A stretch of DNA of 64,000 nt, from contig CAXXHB010000003.1 of NCBI GenBank assembly GCA_963664815.2, forward strand, positions 1,824,001-1,888,000. Direction: 5' to 3'. This DNA comes from Spirochaetota bacterium (GTDB taxonomy: Bacteria > Spirochaetota > UBA4802 > UBA5550). Both the position numbers and the translations under genes were made by a program. This document shows positions 47,561-57,734 of this stretch, piece after piece. Positions within the stretch are counted from its first letter, which is position 1. Each line of letters starts with the position of its first letter. A model generated the notes under the pieces. That model was not told the DNA's origin, did not search any database, and saw nothing but the letters and a program-made list of their open reading frames with translations.

Positions 47561-47668
47561 CTGTCATTTCGAACATATGTGAGTGCTTCGGCTCCGCTCA
47601 GCAACCGTTTATAACGGTCAGTGAGCCAGTCGAACTGCTCAATCGCTATTGCTTCTTCGAAATGACAG
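47561..47668. repeat. Nested REP/MITE-like palindromic element
   Basis: Outer IR CTGTCATTTCGAA/TTCGAAATGACAG; inner TTCGGCT..GCTCA..ACCG / CGGT..TGAGC..AGTCGAA. Confidence 0.65.
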
Positions 47669-47745
47669 ACTATGTTCTATTTCAATCGTAAAATGCTATA
47701 GATCATGGACATGTCAAATACTGATTTGTTTCGAAAGGCAGGTCA

Positions 47746-48297
47746 TTATACAATTTTTATATTATACTTCATCAGAAGATTTGCCGCTTCAGGAAGAGAA
47801 AATTTTGCCCCTTTGACTTTATTTATATTCAGATCGATAAAGTAGTTTTCAGCTGTTGAAAAATCGGCGTTTTCAATATCGGATCTCTCAAAAAGCGCAT
47901 CGGCAAGGTCGCATTCAATAAACTGTGCCGATTTCAGGTTTGATTCAATGAAGCACGCCTCTTTAAGTGAACATTTATTGAAAACTGAATTTTTTAAATT
48001 GTTTTTTTCAAACACGGCATAATCAAGCATGCAGCGGTCAAAATTCACGGCAAAAAGAAAATGATTAACCCTGCTGAAGTTTACACCGGTAAGCCTGGAT
48101 TCCTCAAAGGTGACATTGTCAAAAATATAGTTGTCAATGTTCATTGATGAAAGATCAATATTGAATAATACGCATTCGTGAAATTCATATATAGAATCGG
48201 CGGTATCAGGGAAAATGCACCCCTCAAACCGGCATTTATAGAACTCAGTTTCTCCGGGGGCCGGAGTCGTTAATTTGTATGTCTTTTCTGTTTTCAT
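47746..48297 (-). CDS. Pentapeptide repeat protein
   Basis: Repeated (C/A/V).F.. pentads; KVKGAKFSLPEA. Confidence 0.9.
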   Translation of the reverse strand: MKTEKTYKLTTPAPGETEFYKCRFEGCIFPDTADSIYEFHECVLFNIDLSSMNIDNYIFDNVTFEESRLTGVNFSRVNHFLFAVNFDRCMLDYAVFEKNNLKNSVFNKCSLKEACFIESNLKSAQFIECDLADALFERSDIENADFSTAENYFIDLNINKVKGAKFSLPEAANLLMKYNIKIV

Positions 48298-48406
48298 TCG
48301 TTACAGTAACTTTTTTCTGAACAGTACTCAGGAGTTTATTAAAATTGTTAATTTTCATGCCCGGCTGATATAGTTCCGGATATGCAATCTGTTATTATAT
48401 ATGTTG

Positions 48407-49711
48407 TTACTTGTTATCCTTTTTCAGTTTTTTATATTTGTATACCTTCATGCCAGGTTTTATCTCATCCCTGCTGCCTGATGATACTTCACATTTTGTT
48501 GTTGTCATCATAGGGAAGGTTGCACGGAGTATTATAATATTATCGCCGGAATAAATGCAAAGTTTGTCACCCATCATCACTTTGCTTGCTATATCTTTAC
48601 CTGCAACTATCAGTTCGTTTTTCGAAACAGATTTCAGTTCACCGACACACTGGCCTGCCAGTTCAAGTGATTGGCTCTGTTTTTCAACTACGATGGGATT
48701 TTTTATATAACCCCATTTATCATCTTTTTTTACCCTTGCCATCCCTTCAGAAAAGAAACCGGCTTCATCAAAGTATGGTTCAATAACATATTTTCCATTA
48801 TTATCGATAAATCCGGCTTTACCGTTGGTTTTTACGCTGGCCAGGCCTTCAAGAAAGTTACCCGCCGAATCATATTGAGGTTGTATTACAACTTTTCCTT
48901 TTTTATCTATATAACCGTATAATCCGTCTTTTTTAATCTTTGCAAGACCTTCTGAAAAATTATCAACATCTTCAAACTGTGGATCAACAGAAAACATTCC
49001 ATTTTTGCCGATGAAACCCCATTTGCCGTTTTTCTTAACTTTTGCCATCCCTTCCGAAAAAGACCCTGATTCATCGAATTGTGGTTCTTTTATAATCTTA
49101 CCCTTTTTATCAATGTAACCGTATTTATCTTTATTCTTAACTTTTGCCATCCCTTCTGAAAAATCGAATGCATCATCAAAATCCGGCTTTATTACAATGG
49201 TTCCCGTTTTATCTATATATCCGTAAATTCCATCCTTTTTGATATAAGCAAGATTTTCTGAAAAACTCCCGACGTTACTGAATTGTGGTTCTATAATAAA
49301 TTTGCCGGTTGTATCTATATAACCCCATTTACCATTCTTTTGAGCATAAGCCAGCCCCTCTGAAAAATCAAATGCTCCATCAAACTGAGGCTTTATTGCA
49401 ACATCACCTTTAACATTTATATAGCCATATTCTCCGTTTTTCTCATAATTGGCCAGTCCCTCAGAAAAAAAACGTGCATAGTCATATTGTGGTTTAATTG
49501 CAAGTTTTCCATCTTTATCAATATATCCAAACTTTTCATCTTTGAAAATAAGCGCCATACCGTCGGAGAAATCTCTTTCATCATCAAACTGGGGTTCAAC
49601 AAGCCAGATGACATTACTGTTTGCTTCAGTCTGGGCATTGCCGTTGATGATTGATGTTGTAACGGCACAAATAGTGATTACTGTCGCAATGAATATTTTT
49701 ATTTTTAACAT
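48407..49711 (-). CDS. WG-repeat exported protein
   Basis: About 8 FSEGLA.V...GKWG(Y/F)ID..G..VI.PQFD repeats. Confidence 0.93.
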   Translation of the reverse strand: MLKIKIFIATVITICAVTTSIINGNAQTEANSNVIWLVEPQFDDERDFSDGMALIFKDEKFGYIDKDGKLAIKPQYDYARFFSEGLANYEKNGEYGYINVKGDVAIKPQFDGAFDFSEGLAYAQKNGKWGYIDTTGKFIIEPQFSNVGSFSENLAYIKKDGIYGYIDKTGTIVIKPDFDDAFDFSEGMAKVKNKDKYGYIDKKGKIIKEPQFDESGSFSEGMAKVKKNGKWGFIGKNGMFSVDPQFEDVDNFSEGLAKIKKDGLYGYIDKKGKVVIQPQYDSAGNFLEGLASVKTNGKAGFIDNNGKYVIEPYFDEAGFFSEGMARVKKDDKWGYIKNPIVVEKQSQSLELAGQCVGELKSVSKNELIVAGKDIASKVMMGDKLCIYSGDNIIILRATFPMMTTTKCEVSSGSRDEIKPGMKVYKYKKLKKDNK

Positions 49712-50056
49712 GTGGTCCTCATTTTTTTCTTTAAGTGAAATATATATTTATCAGAAATTAAAAAAATAGCAGAGATATTTTTTTTCAAGAATTTTTAGTA
49801 ATTAACAACATGAATTCTTTAAAATTTAAATATTAAGAATGAAATATTAAAATATATCTTTTTTATTTTCATAACAGAGAAAAGATGAACATTTTATATC
49901 AACATAAATTAATCTTTGATTATTTATTTCCTTTTAAAATTTAAATAACCTGATTTGTTAAATGATAGTGATTATTGATTTCTGTTAAATAGCGTTTGAC
50001 AAAAAATAACACCTGTTACATAACATGATAAATAAACCTTTTCAGCGGAGTAAAAA

Positions 50057-50665
50057 ATGCCCCCTAAGGCTGTTTTTAACAGGGAAGATATTATTTCAAC
50101 TGCATTTGAGATAGTCAGAAAGAGCGGTTTCGGGGAATTCAGCGCCAGGAAAATTGCCGATGAACTCCATTCTTCAACAGCTCCCGTTTATTCATATTTC
50201 AGTTCCATGGATGAGCTTAGATCCGAGGTGCTGGACAGAGCAGAAAATCTGATGCTGGAATACACAATGAAATCGTATACAAAAAGCGTATTTCTCAACA
50301 TGGGGACAGGGCTTGTTCTTTTTGCACAGGAGAACCGTGAGCTTTTCAGGGCACTTCTACTTGAAAGCAGTGATACAAAAGCGCTTCTTGAAAAATTTTT
50401 CAGTTCCATTACTTCCGAACTGGACAGGGATGAACTTGTATCACTCCTTCCGGCTAAAGAGAGAAGAGAGGTTATGAACAGGATGGCAATCTTTACACAC
50501 GGTTTTGCATCGCTTGTCTGCGTGGGCCTTATCAGCGAAGTGAGTAAAAATACGGCAATTAAAACCATGTATAATATGGGACGGGATGTGATAAACATTG
50601 CGCTTAAAAAGGCGGGAATAAATGAAAGTATTCCGTATGATAATGCATCTGCGGGAATAAAATAA
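50057..50665 (+). CDS. TetR family regulator
   Basis: MPPK...II..AF.IV...G...FSARKIA..L..ST.PVYSYF. Confidence 0.9.
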   Translation: MPPKAVFNREDIISTAFEIVRKSGFGEFSARKIADELHSSTAPVYSYFSSMDELRSEVLDRAENLMLEYTMKSYTKSVFLNMGTGLVLFAQENRELFRALLLESSDTKALLEKFFSSITSELDRDELVSLLPAKERREVMNRMAIFTHGFASLVCVGLISEVSKNTAIKTMYNMGRDVINIALKKAGINESIPYDNASAGIK

Positions 50666-50678
50666 AGAGAGGTCATGT

Positions 50679-51659
50679 ATGAAAACAAGAATAACAGAGA
50701 TGTTCGGAATCGATTACCCTGTAATATGCGGAGCCATGTATCTGGTTGGAGAGCCAAAGCTTACGGCTGCTATTTCAAATGCGGGTGGTATGGGTAATCT
50801 CACTGCAGGTAATTATAAATCTGCCGAAGATCTCAGAAATGCCATTCGTGAAACAAAGAAACTGACGGATAAACCGTTTATGGTGGGCATAACAATACTC
50901 CCGTCATTTCACATTACAATGGACGATCATAGGAAAAATCTTGAAATCTGCGCTGAAGAAAAAGTCGGCGGAATAGAGGTTTCAGGAACCCCCCTTGACA
51001 AGGTTGGAAAGCAGTATATGGATATGCTTAGAAAAGCTGGTGTAAAGATGTTTCATAAGGTAGGCGCTGTAAAACATGCACAACATGCCGAAGAGGCGGG
51101 TTATGACGGAATATACGCCGCAGGAATTGAAGAGGGCGGGCATCCGCTGAATGATGACGTTACAACCATGATACTGACGCCGAAAATAGCGGAAACTGTG
51201 AAAATTCCGGTTGTTACAGTCGGAGGAATTGCGGATGGAAAGTCACTGGCTGCGGCACTTGCACTTGGAGCTGAAGGTGTAATGATGGCAACCCGCTTCA
51301 TGGCTACATACGAGTGCGGTGTACATGACAATATCAAGCAGGAGATACTTAAAAGGCAGGAGTATGATACAACACTGATCTGCAAGTCAATAAATCTTCA
51401 GGGAAGGGCGATAAAGAACAGGGTTGTGGGTGAGATTCTTGCTGCCGAGGCAAAGGGGGCAAGCCTTATGGAACTCGCACCACTTATTACAGGTGACAGA
51501 TGCCAGGAAGCCTGGGATAATGGAGATGTCGATGTGGCACCGATGATGATGGGACAATCACTCGGGCGCATTCATGATATAAAGTCATGTAAAGCGGTAA
51601 TTGAAGATATGGTAAAACAGGCTAAAGAAGAGATAGCGCGGGTGACAAGGCAGTTCTGA
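50679..51659 (+). CDS. Nitronate monooxygenase/FabK-like flavoenzyme
   Basis: KTRITEMFGIDYPVI.GAM, EEGGH, GGIADG..LAAALALGA and GQS.G.I. Confidence 0.9.
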   Translation: MKTRITEMFGIDYPVICGAMYLVGEPKLTAAISNAGGMGNLTAGNYKSAEDLRNAIRETKKLTDKPFMVGITILPSFHITMDDHRKNLEICAEEKVGGIEVSGTPLDKVGKQYMDMLRKAGVKMFHKVGAVKHAQHAEEAGYDGIYAAGIEEGGHPLNDDVTTMILTPKIAETVKIPVVTVGGIADGKSLAAALALGAEGVMMATRFMATYECGVHDNIKQEILKRQEYDTTLICKSINLQGRAIKNRVVGEILAAEAKGASLMELAPLITGDRCQEAWDNGDVDVAPMMMGQSLGRIHDIKSCKAVIEDMVKQAKEEIARVTRQF

Positions 51660-51691
51660 AAAACTGATTAATAAATGTAAATTAGAAAGAC

Positions 51692-51723
51692 AATCCTTCC
51701 TCATTCATGGGGAGGGATTTTTT
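51692..51723 (+). terminator. Intrinsic terminator
   Basis: AATCCTTCCTCA-TTCA-TGGGGAGGGATTTTTT. Confidence 0.75.
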
Positions 51724-51849
51724 ATATTCTGATGCTGAGAAATGTTATTGTATGTTTACAGCTTCGCTCAAATATTGTTTTTTTAATAACTACCGGTTTT
51801 TTAGTAAGATAATTATTATTCAAGATGTAATGTTATTATTCCGTTAATA

Positions 51850-53055
51850 ATGACAAGACGGGGTGAATTTGTGGAAACAGTCCATTATGATAAAACTGAA
51901 CTTGAAGTCATTACTGTAAACGAGTTAGATGGAGAAAAAACGGAAGATCCTCAAATCAGAAATATTCTCAGGGAAAAGACATTCAACAGTGAGCTTAACC
52001 AGTTAGTCAATAAAATATATAATAATGAACAGATGATTGAAGAACCGGTCCCTGTTCCTGAAATGTCTGATCCGGCTGAAAAATATAATCTGCTGCTTGA
52101 ATATGAAAAGATAATTTACAGACTGAAACATTCTGATGAATTGAACTCAGTTTCATCCCGCTTTAATCCTTTCGAAACAGATATAAACGTATATGATGAT
52201 ATTGACGATACTGCGGACTATATAAAAGCGGGTATGCTTCAGTCCGGTTATTCACGATACCAGATATTGAAATATAATTTTAATGACAAGGCATATAGAA
52301 GCGATATCAATCATCTCGATTCATCATATTCATCGGATATGTACTTCAGCAACAATGATCCGCTGATTTTAAAAATAAATGATTATATTGAAGGATTTGT
52401 GTTAACACCGGATATAATAAAGTCCGATCCATTTTTTTCAAAAAAATTTCTCAACAGTGATGCGGATGACCTGTCACAGCATAAATTCTATATAGTCAAA
52501 ATTTCATCTCTTTTTAAAAATACATGCAACGGAAAGATGTTTGCTAATAAATTCAGCAGATTTGAAGAATCACTCTCACCATTGCTCCTGATAGAACTCG
52601 ACTCTGAACATCAGGTAAATCCGGAGAAAATTTTCAGAAACCTGGAAGAGACTGCGGCGCTTCCTTTAATAATATATTTTTTAAAAAATATAGTTAAATT
52701 CAGCATTAACAATTTGTCATATGAAAACATACTGTTCATGATTGAACTATTTATAAAATCTGCAGTCAATACTCGCTTAAAAAGTTATATAGTAACTTTG
52801 GTTGATTATTCCAGAAAAGATAATATATTTATCTACAAATACTTTTTATCAAAATTAAGGAGAATACTTAACAGAAACTATTTAATTCTCAAAATAAGTA
52901 TCAACAGAGCTGTAGTTATTACAACAGCTCCGGATATGAGGGATATTGATCATCTGATCGAAAGAATTAATTCCGGAGTAAAAATAATCGGTATGGAATC
53001 TGTTGACTATAATGAATATCTCAACAGTAAAGAATTTGTTAATCTTTTTCTATAA
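51850..53055 (+). CDS. Hypothetical protein
   Basis: 401-aa ORF; no recognisable motif. Confidence 0.7.
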   Translation: MTRRGEFVETVHYDKTELEVITVNELDGEKTEDPQIRNILREKTFNSELNQLVNKIYNNEQMIEEPVPVPEMSDPAEKYNLLLEYEKIIYRLKHSDELNSVSSRFNPFETDINVYDDIDDTADYIKAGMLQSGYSRYQILKYNFNDKAYRSDINHLDSSYSSDMYFSNNDPLILKINDYIEGFVLTPDIIKSDPFFSKKFLNSDADDLSQHKFYIVKISSLFKNTCNGKMFANKFSRFEESLSPLLLIELDSEHQVNPEKIFRNLEETAALPLIIYFLKNIVKFSINNLSYENILFMIELFIKSAVNTRLKSYIVTLVDYSRKDNIFIYKYFLSKLRRILNRNYLILKISINRAVVITTAPDMRDIDHLIERINSGVKIIGMESVDYNEYLNSKEFVNLFL

Positions 53056-53108
53056 CCCCAATCCGGCATTAATTTCTTGCATAATTACGTGTATTTCAGT
53101 ATCCTGAT

Positions 53109-54323
53109 ATGAATATTATGAACAAGATATTTTTAATAATATTTTCAGCGGTAGTTCTTTTCTCCGCAAGTGAAAACCTCTTTTCGGCGGGGAGTATTGG
53201 AACTTCAGGCGCTGATTTCCTTGAACTGGGTGTCGGATCAAGACCTCTTGCAATGGGTGAGGCTTTCACAGCTGAGACAAACGATGTAAACTGTCTATAT
53301 TATAATCCTGCAGGTCTGGGATCTGTACGATTTCCTGTGTTAACGATTTTTCATAACGAACTTATTCTTGATTCAAGACTGGAAAATTTAAGTATGGCAT
53401 ATCCCCTTTATGGAGGATGGATTGGAATTGCAAACTCCCTTTTCTGGGTCCCCGTTTTTGATAAAATTGATATAAATGGTGAAAAAACAGGAGATGTAAA
53501 GTACTATAACGGGAATTTTACAACAGGTTATGGTTATGATTTCGGTTCTTTCTATCTTGGCGGTTCATTAAAATACATTTATCAGAAAATCGATACATTA
53601 TTTGTAAGCTCAGTTGCAATGGATTTGGGAATACTCAAAGGGATGTATTTATATTCCCCTTTTGACACCCCTATAAGAAATTTTCATGTAGGTTTTTCCA
53701 TGCTGAATCTTGGAACAAAAGCAAAAGATGATCCGCTGCCAAGGATGTTAAGATTCGGAACATCATATAAACTTACAAAATGGTTTGGATTTAATCTGGA
53801 CATGACCGAGAACTTTATTGATTCTTCAGATTTATATGATTTTACATATCTTTTTGATGAAAGCTTTCGTATAAATACTGGTGTGGAGTTAAATTATCTC
53901 GAACTTATTTATTTAAGGGGTGGCTGGCGTTTTAATGACGCAGGAACATATTCACTGGGTTTTGGATTTAACTATTCTATAAAAAACACTGCTTTCAGTG
54001 TTGATACATCCTATTCTGATAATGGTATTTTCGGCCCTGTATATTCACTGAGTGTGACAATTAAACTCATCCCCAAGGTTATTACAGTAAGCGATAAATT
54101 GCGCGCTGAAGTTCATTATAAAAAAGGTATCAAGCATTTTGTTGCAGATGATCTTGATTCTGCTATTGATGAATTCAATACGGCGAAAGACTACAATCCC
54201 TATCATAAAAATATTGATAGAAAAATAAAGGATCTTGAAGAGATTAAAAAATTGAAGGAAAAAAACAGGGAACTCGATGATGAACTCAAAAAAAATGAAA
54301 ACCAGGGAGAATTCCAGTATTAG
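53109..54323 (+). CDS. UPF0164/PorV-like outer-membrane beta-barrel with C-terminal TPR
   Basis: ADFLELGVGSRPLAMGEAF...YYNPAGL; HYKKG...A..EF..A..YNP. Confidence 0.8.
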   Translation: MNIMNKIFLIIFSAVVLFSASENLFSAGSIGTSGADFLELGVGSRPLAMGEAFTAETNDVNCLYYNPAGLGSVRFPVLTIFHNELILDSRLENLSMAYPLYGGWIGIANSLFWVPVFDKIDINGEKTGDVKYYNGNFTTGYGYDFGSFYLGGSLKYIYQKIDTLFVSSVAMDLGILKGMYLYSPFDTPIRNFHVGFSMLNLGTKAKDDPLPRMLRFGTSYKLTKWFGFNLDMTENFIDSSDLYDFTYLFDESFRINTGVELNYLELIYLRGGWRFNDAGTYSLGFGFNYSIKNTAFSVDTSYSDNGIFGPVYSLSVTIKLIPKVITVSDKLRAEVHYKKGIKHFVADDLDSAIDEFNTAKDYNPYHKNIDRKIKDLEEIKKLKEKNRELDDELKKNENQGEFQY

Positions 54324-54990
54324 AAAAATTACCGTTGAGAAAAATTTTTGTAAAAATGCATACGGCTCGGTTCTTTTCGGTATGGGGAATACAAAGGTTA
54401 TTTGTGCGGTACATATATCTGATGATGTTCCGGATCATGCAAAAAGAAAAAATACTGGATGGCTTTCTGCCGAGTATACAATGCTGCCATATTCAACTCA
54501 GACAAGGACAAAAAGAGAATTTACAAAACGTGACGGCCGTTCTGTTGAAATCCAGCGTCTTATAGGAAGATCTCTCAGGGCTGCAATTGATCTTGATAAA
54601 CTACCCGGTTATTCAATATATGTTGATTGCGATGTGGTTCAGGCTGATGGAGGTACAAGAACAGCTTCAATTACAGGCGGATATATTGCCCTGAAATTGG
54701 CTGTAGACAGAATGCTCAAAGAGGGATTGATTAAAATTAATCCCATTGTGTCAAATGTTGCAGCGATATCAGTAGGTATTATAAATAATGAAATTCACCT
54801 CGATCTTGATTATGCAAAAGACTCCATTGCAGATGTTGATATGAATATTGTGATGAATGGGAATCTGGATTTTATTGAAATTCAGGGTACGGGGGAACAG
54901 TCATCTTTTTCGGGGAGGCAACTTGATCAAATGCTCAAAGCTGCTGAAGCCGGAATCCGAGAGATTATTTCCATTCAGAATTTATACTGA
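54277..54990 (+). CDS. rph: Ribonuclease PH
   Basis: GW..AEY.MLP, GRSVEIQRLIGRSLR, DCDV.QADGGTRTASITG and EIQGTGE. Confidence 0.95.
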   Translation: MMNSKKMKTRENSSIRKITVEKNFCKNAYGSVLFGMGNTKVICAVHISDDVPDHAKRKNTGWLSAEYTMLPYSTQTRTKREFTKRDGRSVEIQRLIGRSLRAAIDLDKLPGYSIYVDCDVVQADGGTRTASITGGYIALKLAVDRMLKEGLIKINPIVSNVAAISVGIINNEIHLDLDYAKDSIADVDMNIVMNGNLDFIEIQGTGEQSSFSGRQLDQMLKAAEAGIREIISIQNLY

Positions 54991-55125
54991 TTTCTGTTAT
55001 AACCCGCCTGATAAAATAGATACAGAAATTAATGTAAAAAAGCCGATAAAATAAATGAGTATGCCTGATCTGTTAAATTTCTGTTAACCGGGTACATATT
55101 AAAATTTTATATCCACGGTATTTTT

Positions 55126-55866
55126 ATGAAATCACGATTCAGATTCAATATAATTATATTTTTTATATCTGTTTTTATTCCACACTTCGCCTTCTCTCAG
55201 GGTACCCAGACTGTTGTTATTGGTACCCCGACAGCATTTACTATTTCCAAAGGTACATATAATGTTTTGTTTCTTGAATATGATAAAGGGGGAATGGAGT
55301 TTAAAACTTTCCTGGGCCTTCATGATATACTATATCTCGGTTTGTCGCTTGATGTGCAAAATGCAATCGGGCAGGAGAAGCCTCAGTTTAATGTGCCGGG
55401 CGTAATTGGAAAGATCAGGTTCAATGACGGATGGGAATCCTTCCCGATTATACTTGCCGCCGGTTACGATTCATTTTATGTCGGGTATGATGGAGTTGAG
55501 GATAACCCGGAAAATGAATTAAACAGGGTAATATATGGGCCGTATTTTGTGCTGACAGGTTCAATCTATTTATTTGATTCCGAACAATACCTCAGCGCAG
55601 GGATAAGAACACCTACTCAGCCCTATTATAAACCTGAAAATACTTCATATTTTACATCGCTTGATATTCCGCTTGGCGAATTTTTCAGATTTCAGTTTGA
55701 GATGGAAAGAGTATACTGGAACTTCAGAGATCGTAATCAATGGCTGTATAATGCAGGATTGAAGTACAACTATTTTGATCATATCGGTCTGGAAATTGCC
55801 ATTCTGATGCAGGATAATCAGAGACCTAACAGAATAATCAGGATTGAATATCATGGTGAATTTTAA
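55126..55866 (+). CDS. Putative outer-membrane beta-barrel protein (YjbH-like)
   Basis: Signal peptide; TPTA; amphipathic strands; terminal Phe. Confidence 0.55.
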   Translation: MKSRFRFNIIIFFISVFIPHFAFSQGTQTVVIGTPTAFTISKGTYNVLFLEYDKGGMEFKTFLGLHDILYLGLSLDVQNAIGQEKPQFNVPGVIGKIRFNDGWESFPIILAAGYDSFYVGYDGVEDNPENELNRVIYGPYFVLTGSIYLFDSEQYLSAGIRTPTQPYYKPENTSYFTSLDIPLGEFFRFQFEMERVYWNFRDRNQWLYNAGLKYNYFDHIGLEIAILMQDNQRPNRIIRIEYHGEF

Positions 55867-56335
55867 AAACAGTTTTCTGGCATTAGTAGTAATTTTTTTA
55901 TATATTTCCTTATATTCAGACAACGTTAATAATAAATGCATTATATATCTCAATTCTGAAAGTGGTAAAAAAAATATTATTAATGCAGAAGTTGCCGGCT
56001 CATCCTCTGAGCGGGAGAAGGGTCTGATGTACAGGGAATCTTTAAGTGAAAATGATGGAATGCTTTTTGTCTTTGAAAAGGAGCAAAATCTCAGTTTCTG
56101 GATGAAAAACACATTAATTCCACTTGATATAGCATATATAAACAAAAATGGCATAATAAATGAAATATATCATATGAAACCGCTTGACGTTTCTGTAACA
56201 TATAATTCCGTTAAACCAGCAATGTTTGCTCTTGAAGTTAATCTCGGATGGTACGGCAGACATAAAATAAAACCTGGATCAAAGATAGAATTTAATGGAT
56301 GCCTCAGTAAACCGGATAGCCTCATCAAAAGATGA
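55844..56335 (+). CDS. DUF192 family protein
   Basis: ER.KGLMYR...GMLFVF...FWMKNTLIPLDI...LEVN.G. Confidence 0.92.
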   Translation: MNIMVNFKNSFLALVVIFLYISLYSDNVNNKCIIYLNSESGKKNIINAEVAGSSSEREKGLMYRESLSENDGMLFVFEKEQNLSFWMKNTLIPLDIAYINKNGIINEIYHMKPLDVSVTYNSVKPAMFALEVNLGWYGRHKIKPGSKIEFNGCLSKPDSLIKR

Positions 56336-57410
56336 GAAAGCACTTCTGATTTCAATTTATATTAAAGGCGAAGACAGGGAAAAAGCGGAATATTCCCTTG
56401 ATGAACTGCGTCTTCTTGTAAAAACGGCAGGAGCTGTTATTGTTGATTCGATAACAATAAAAAGAGACTCAATTGACCCGGCCTATATATTCGGTACAGG
56501 ATATATAGATATTATAAAACAAAAAATTGAAGAACTGGAGCTTAAGCTTATTATTTTTGATCTTGTCAATATCCGTCCTGCCCAGATACGAAATCTTGAA
56601 GACAAGCTCAACTGCCGCGTAATCGGAAGAAACGAAGTTATACTGGATATTTTTGCAAGAAGAGCAAGGAGCGCTGAATCCAAAATACAGGTTGAGCTTG
56701 CACAGCTGAAATATATACTTCCCAGACTCAAAGGTCTCGGCGGTGTACTCTCCCGGCTCGGCGGCGGTATTGGGACAAGAGGGCCTGGTGAAACAATGCT
56801 CGAAACTGACAAAAGGCACATATTAAAGAGAATAGATGTGCTTAAAGATAAACTGAAAAAATATGAAGAGCACAGGCGCAGAACGAGAAATGCAAGAAAC
56901 GATAAATTTATCGGTGCAGTTGTAGGTTATACCAATGCCGGAAAATCAACCCTTATTAATCTTCTTGCCAAAGATGATCTTTTTGTGGAAGACAGACTTT
57001 TTGCGACTCTCGATTCATATACAAGGTCTGTTTTCATAACACCTGAGATTGGAATTCTGCTTACTGATACAGTCGGGTTTATTCAAAACCTTCCTGCAAA
57101 TCTGATTGAATCATTCAGGTCAACTCTTGAGGATATTGAAAATTCTGATTTCATTATACATGTTGTTGATATAAATGCGCCTGATATCGAATCTAATATA
57201 AAAACAGTAGAAAACGAACTTGTTCAGCTGAAAACAGAGGAAAAGCCATTAATTTTGTTTTTTAATAAAACAGATTCAGCTATGGAAAAAAATATAAATA
57301 TTGTAAAACATAAATACCCTGAATCGATAGCAGGTTCTGCCAGAACATCAGAAGGAATAAATCTGTTAAAACAGGCTATATCCGATATATATAAATCAAA
57401 ATCAAAATAA
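56295..57410 (+). CDS. hflX: GTPase HflX
   Basis: QVELAQLKY.LPRL, GIGTRGPGET, GYTNAGKST, LFATLD and DTVGFI. Confidence 0.96.
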   Translation: MDASVNRIASSKDEKALLISIYIKGEDREKAEYSLDELRLLVKTAGAVIVDSITIKRDSIDPAYIFGTGYIDIIKQKIEELELKLIIFDLVNIRPAQIRNLEDKLNCRVIGRNEVILDIFARRARSAESKIQVELAQLKYILPRLKGLGGVLSRLGGGIGTRGPGETMLETDKRHILKRIDVLKDKLKKYEEHRRRTRNARNDKFIGAVVGYTNAGKSTLINLLAKDDLFVEDRLFATLDSYTRSVFITPEIGILLTDTVGFIQNLPANLIESFRSTLEDIENSDFIIHVVDINAPDIESNIKTVENELVQLKTEEKPLILFFNKTDSAMEKNINIVKHKYPESIAGSARTSEGINLLKQAISDIYKSKSK

Positions 57411-57734
57411 AAAAGGCTTTTTTCATTCGCTGTATTGATCCGGAGCATTTATATCAACGGCAATATTTACAACAAAGGAATTAAGATGGTGCTTATACTG
57501 ATAAGTATTCAGGTAAAATATCAGTAATTGCTAAAAAAATATTTTTTTACACTTTTATAAAGATAGAGGGTAAATGTTAAAATAAAAACTATTTTTAAAA
57601 AACAGTATCTTTTAAAAATATTTTCTTGATAAATGTAACATAAACCTGAATGATGTTTACATAAATAAAATATCTGCACACTTATCAGTAATCTCAAAAA
57701 AATCAAATTAAAAAATGAAAAACAGGATATTACA

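Noticed and set aside
48680-49600. Regular ~110-bp repeats suggestive of an array
   Set aside because: They are degenerate, in-frame WG protein repeats, not CRISPR; there are no identical repeats with unique spacers and no cas genes.
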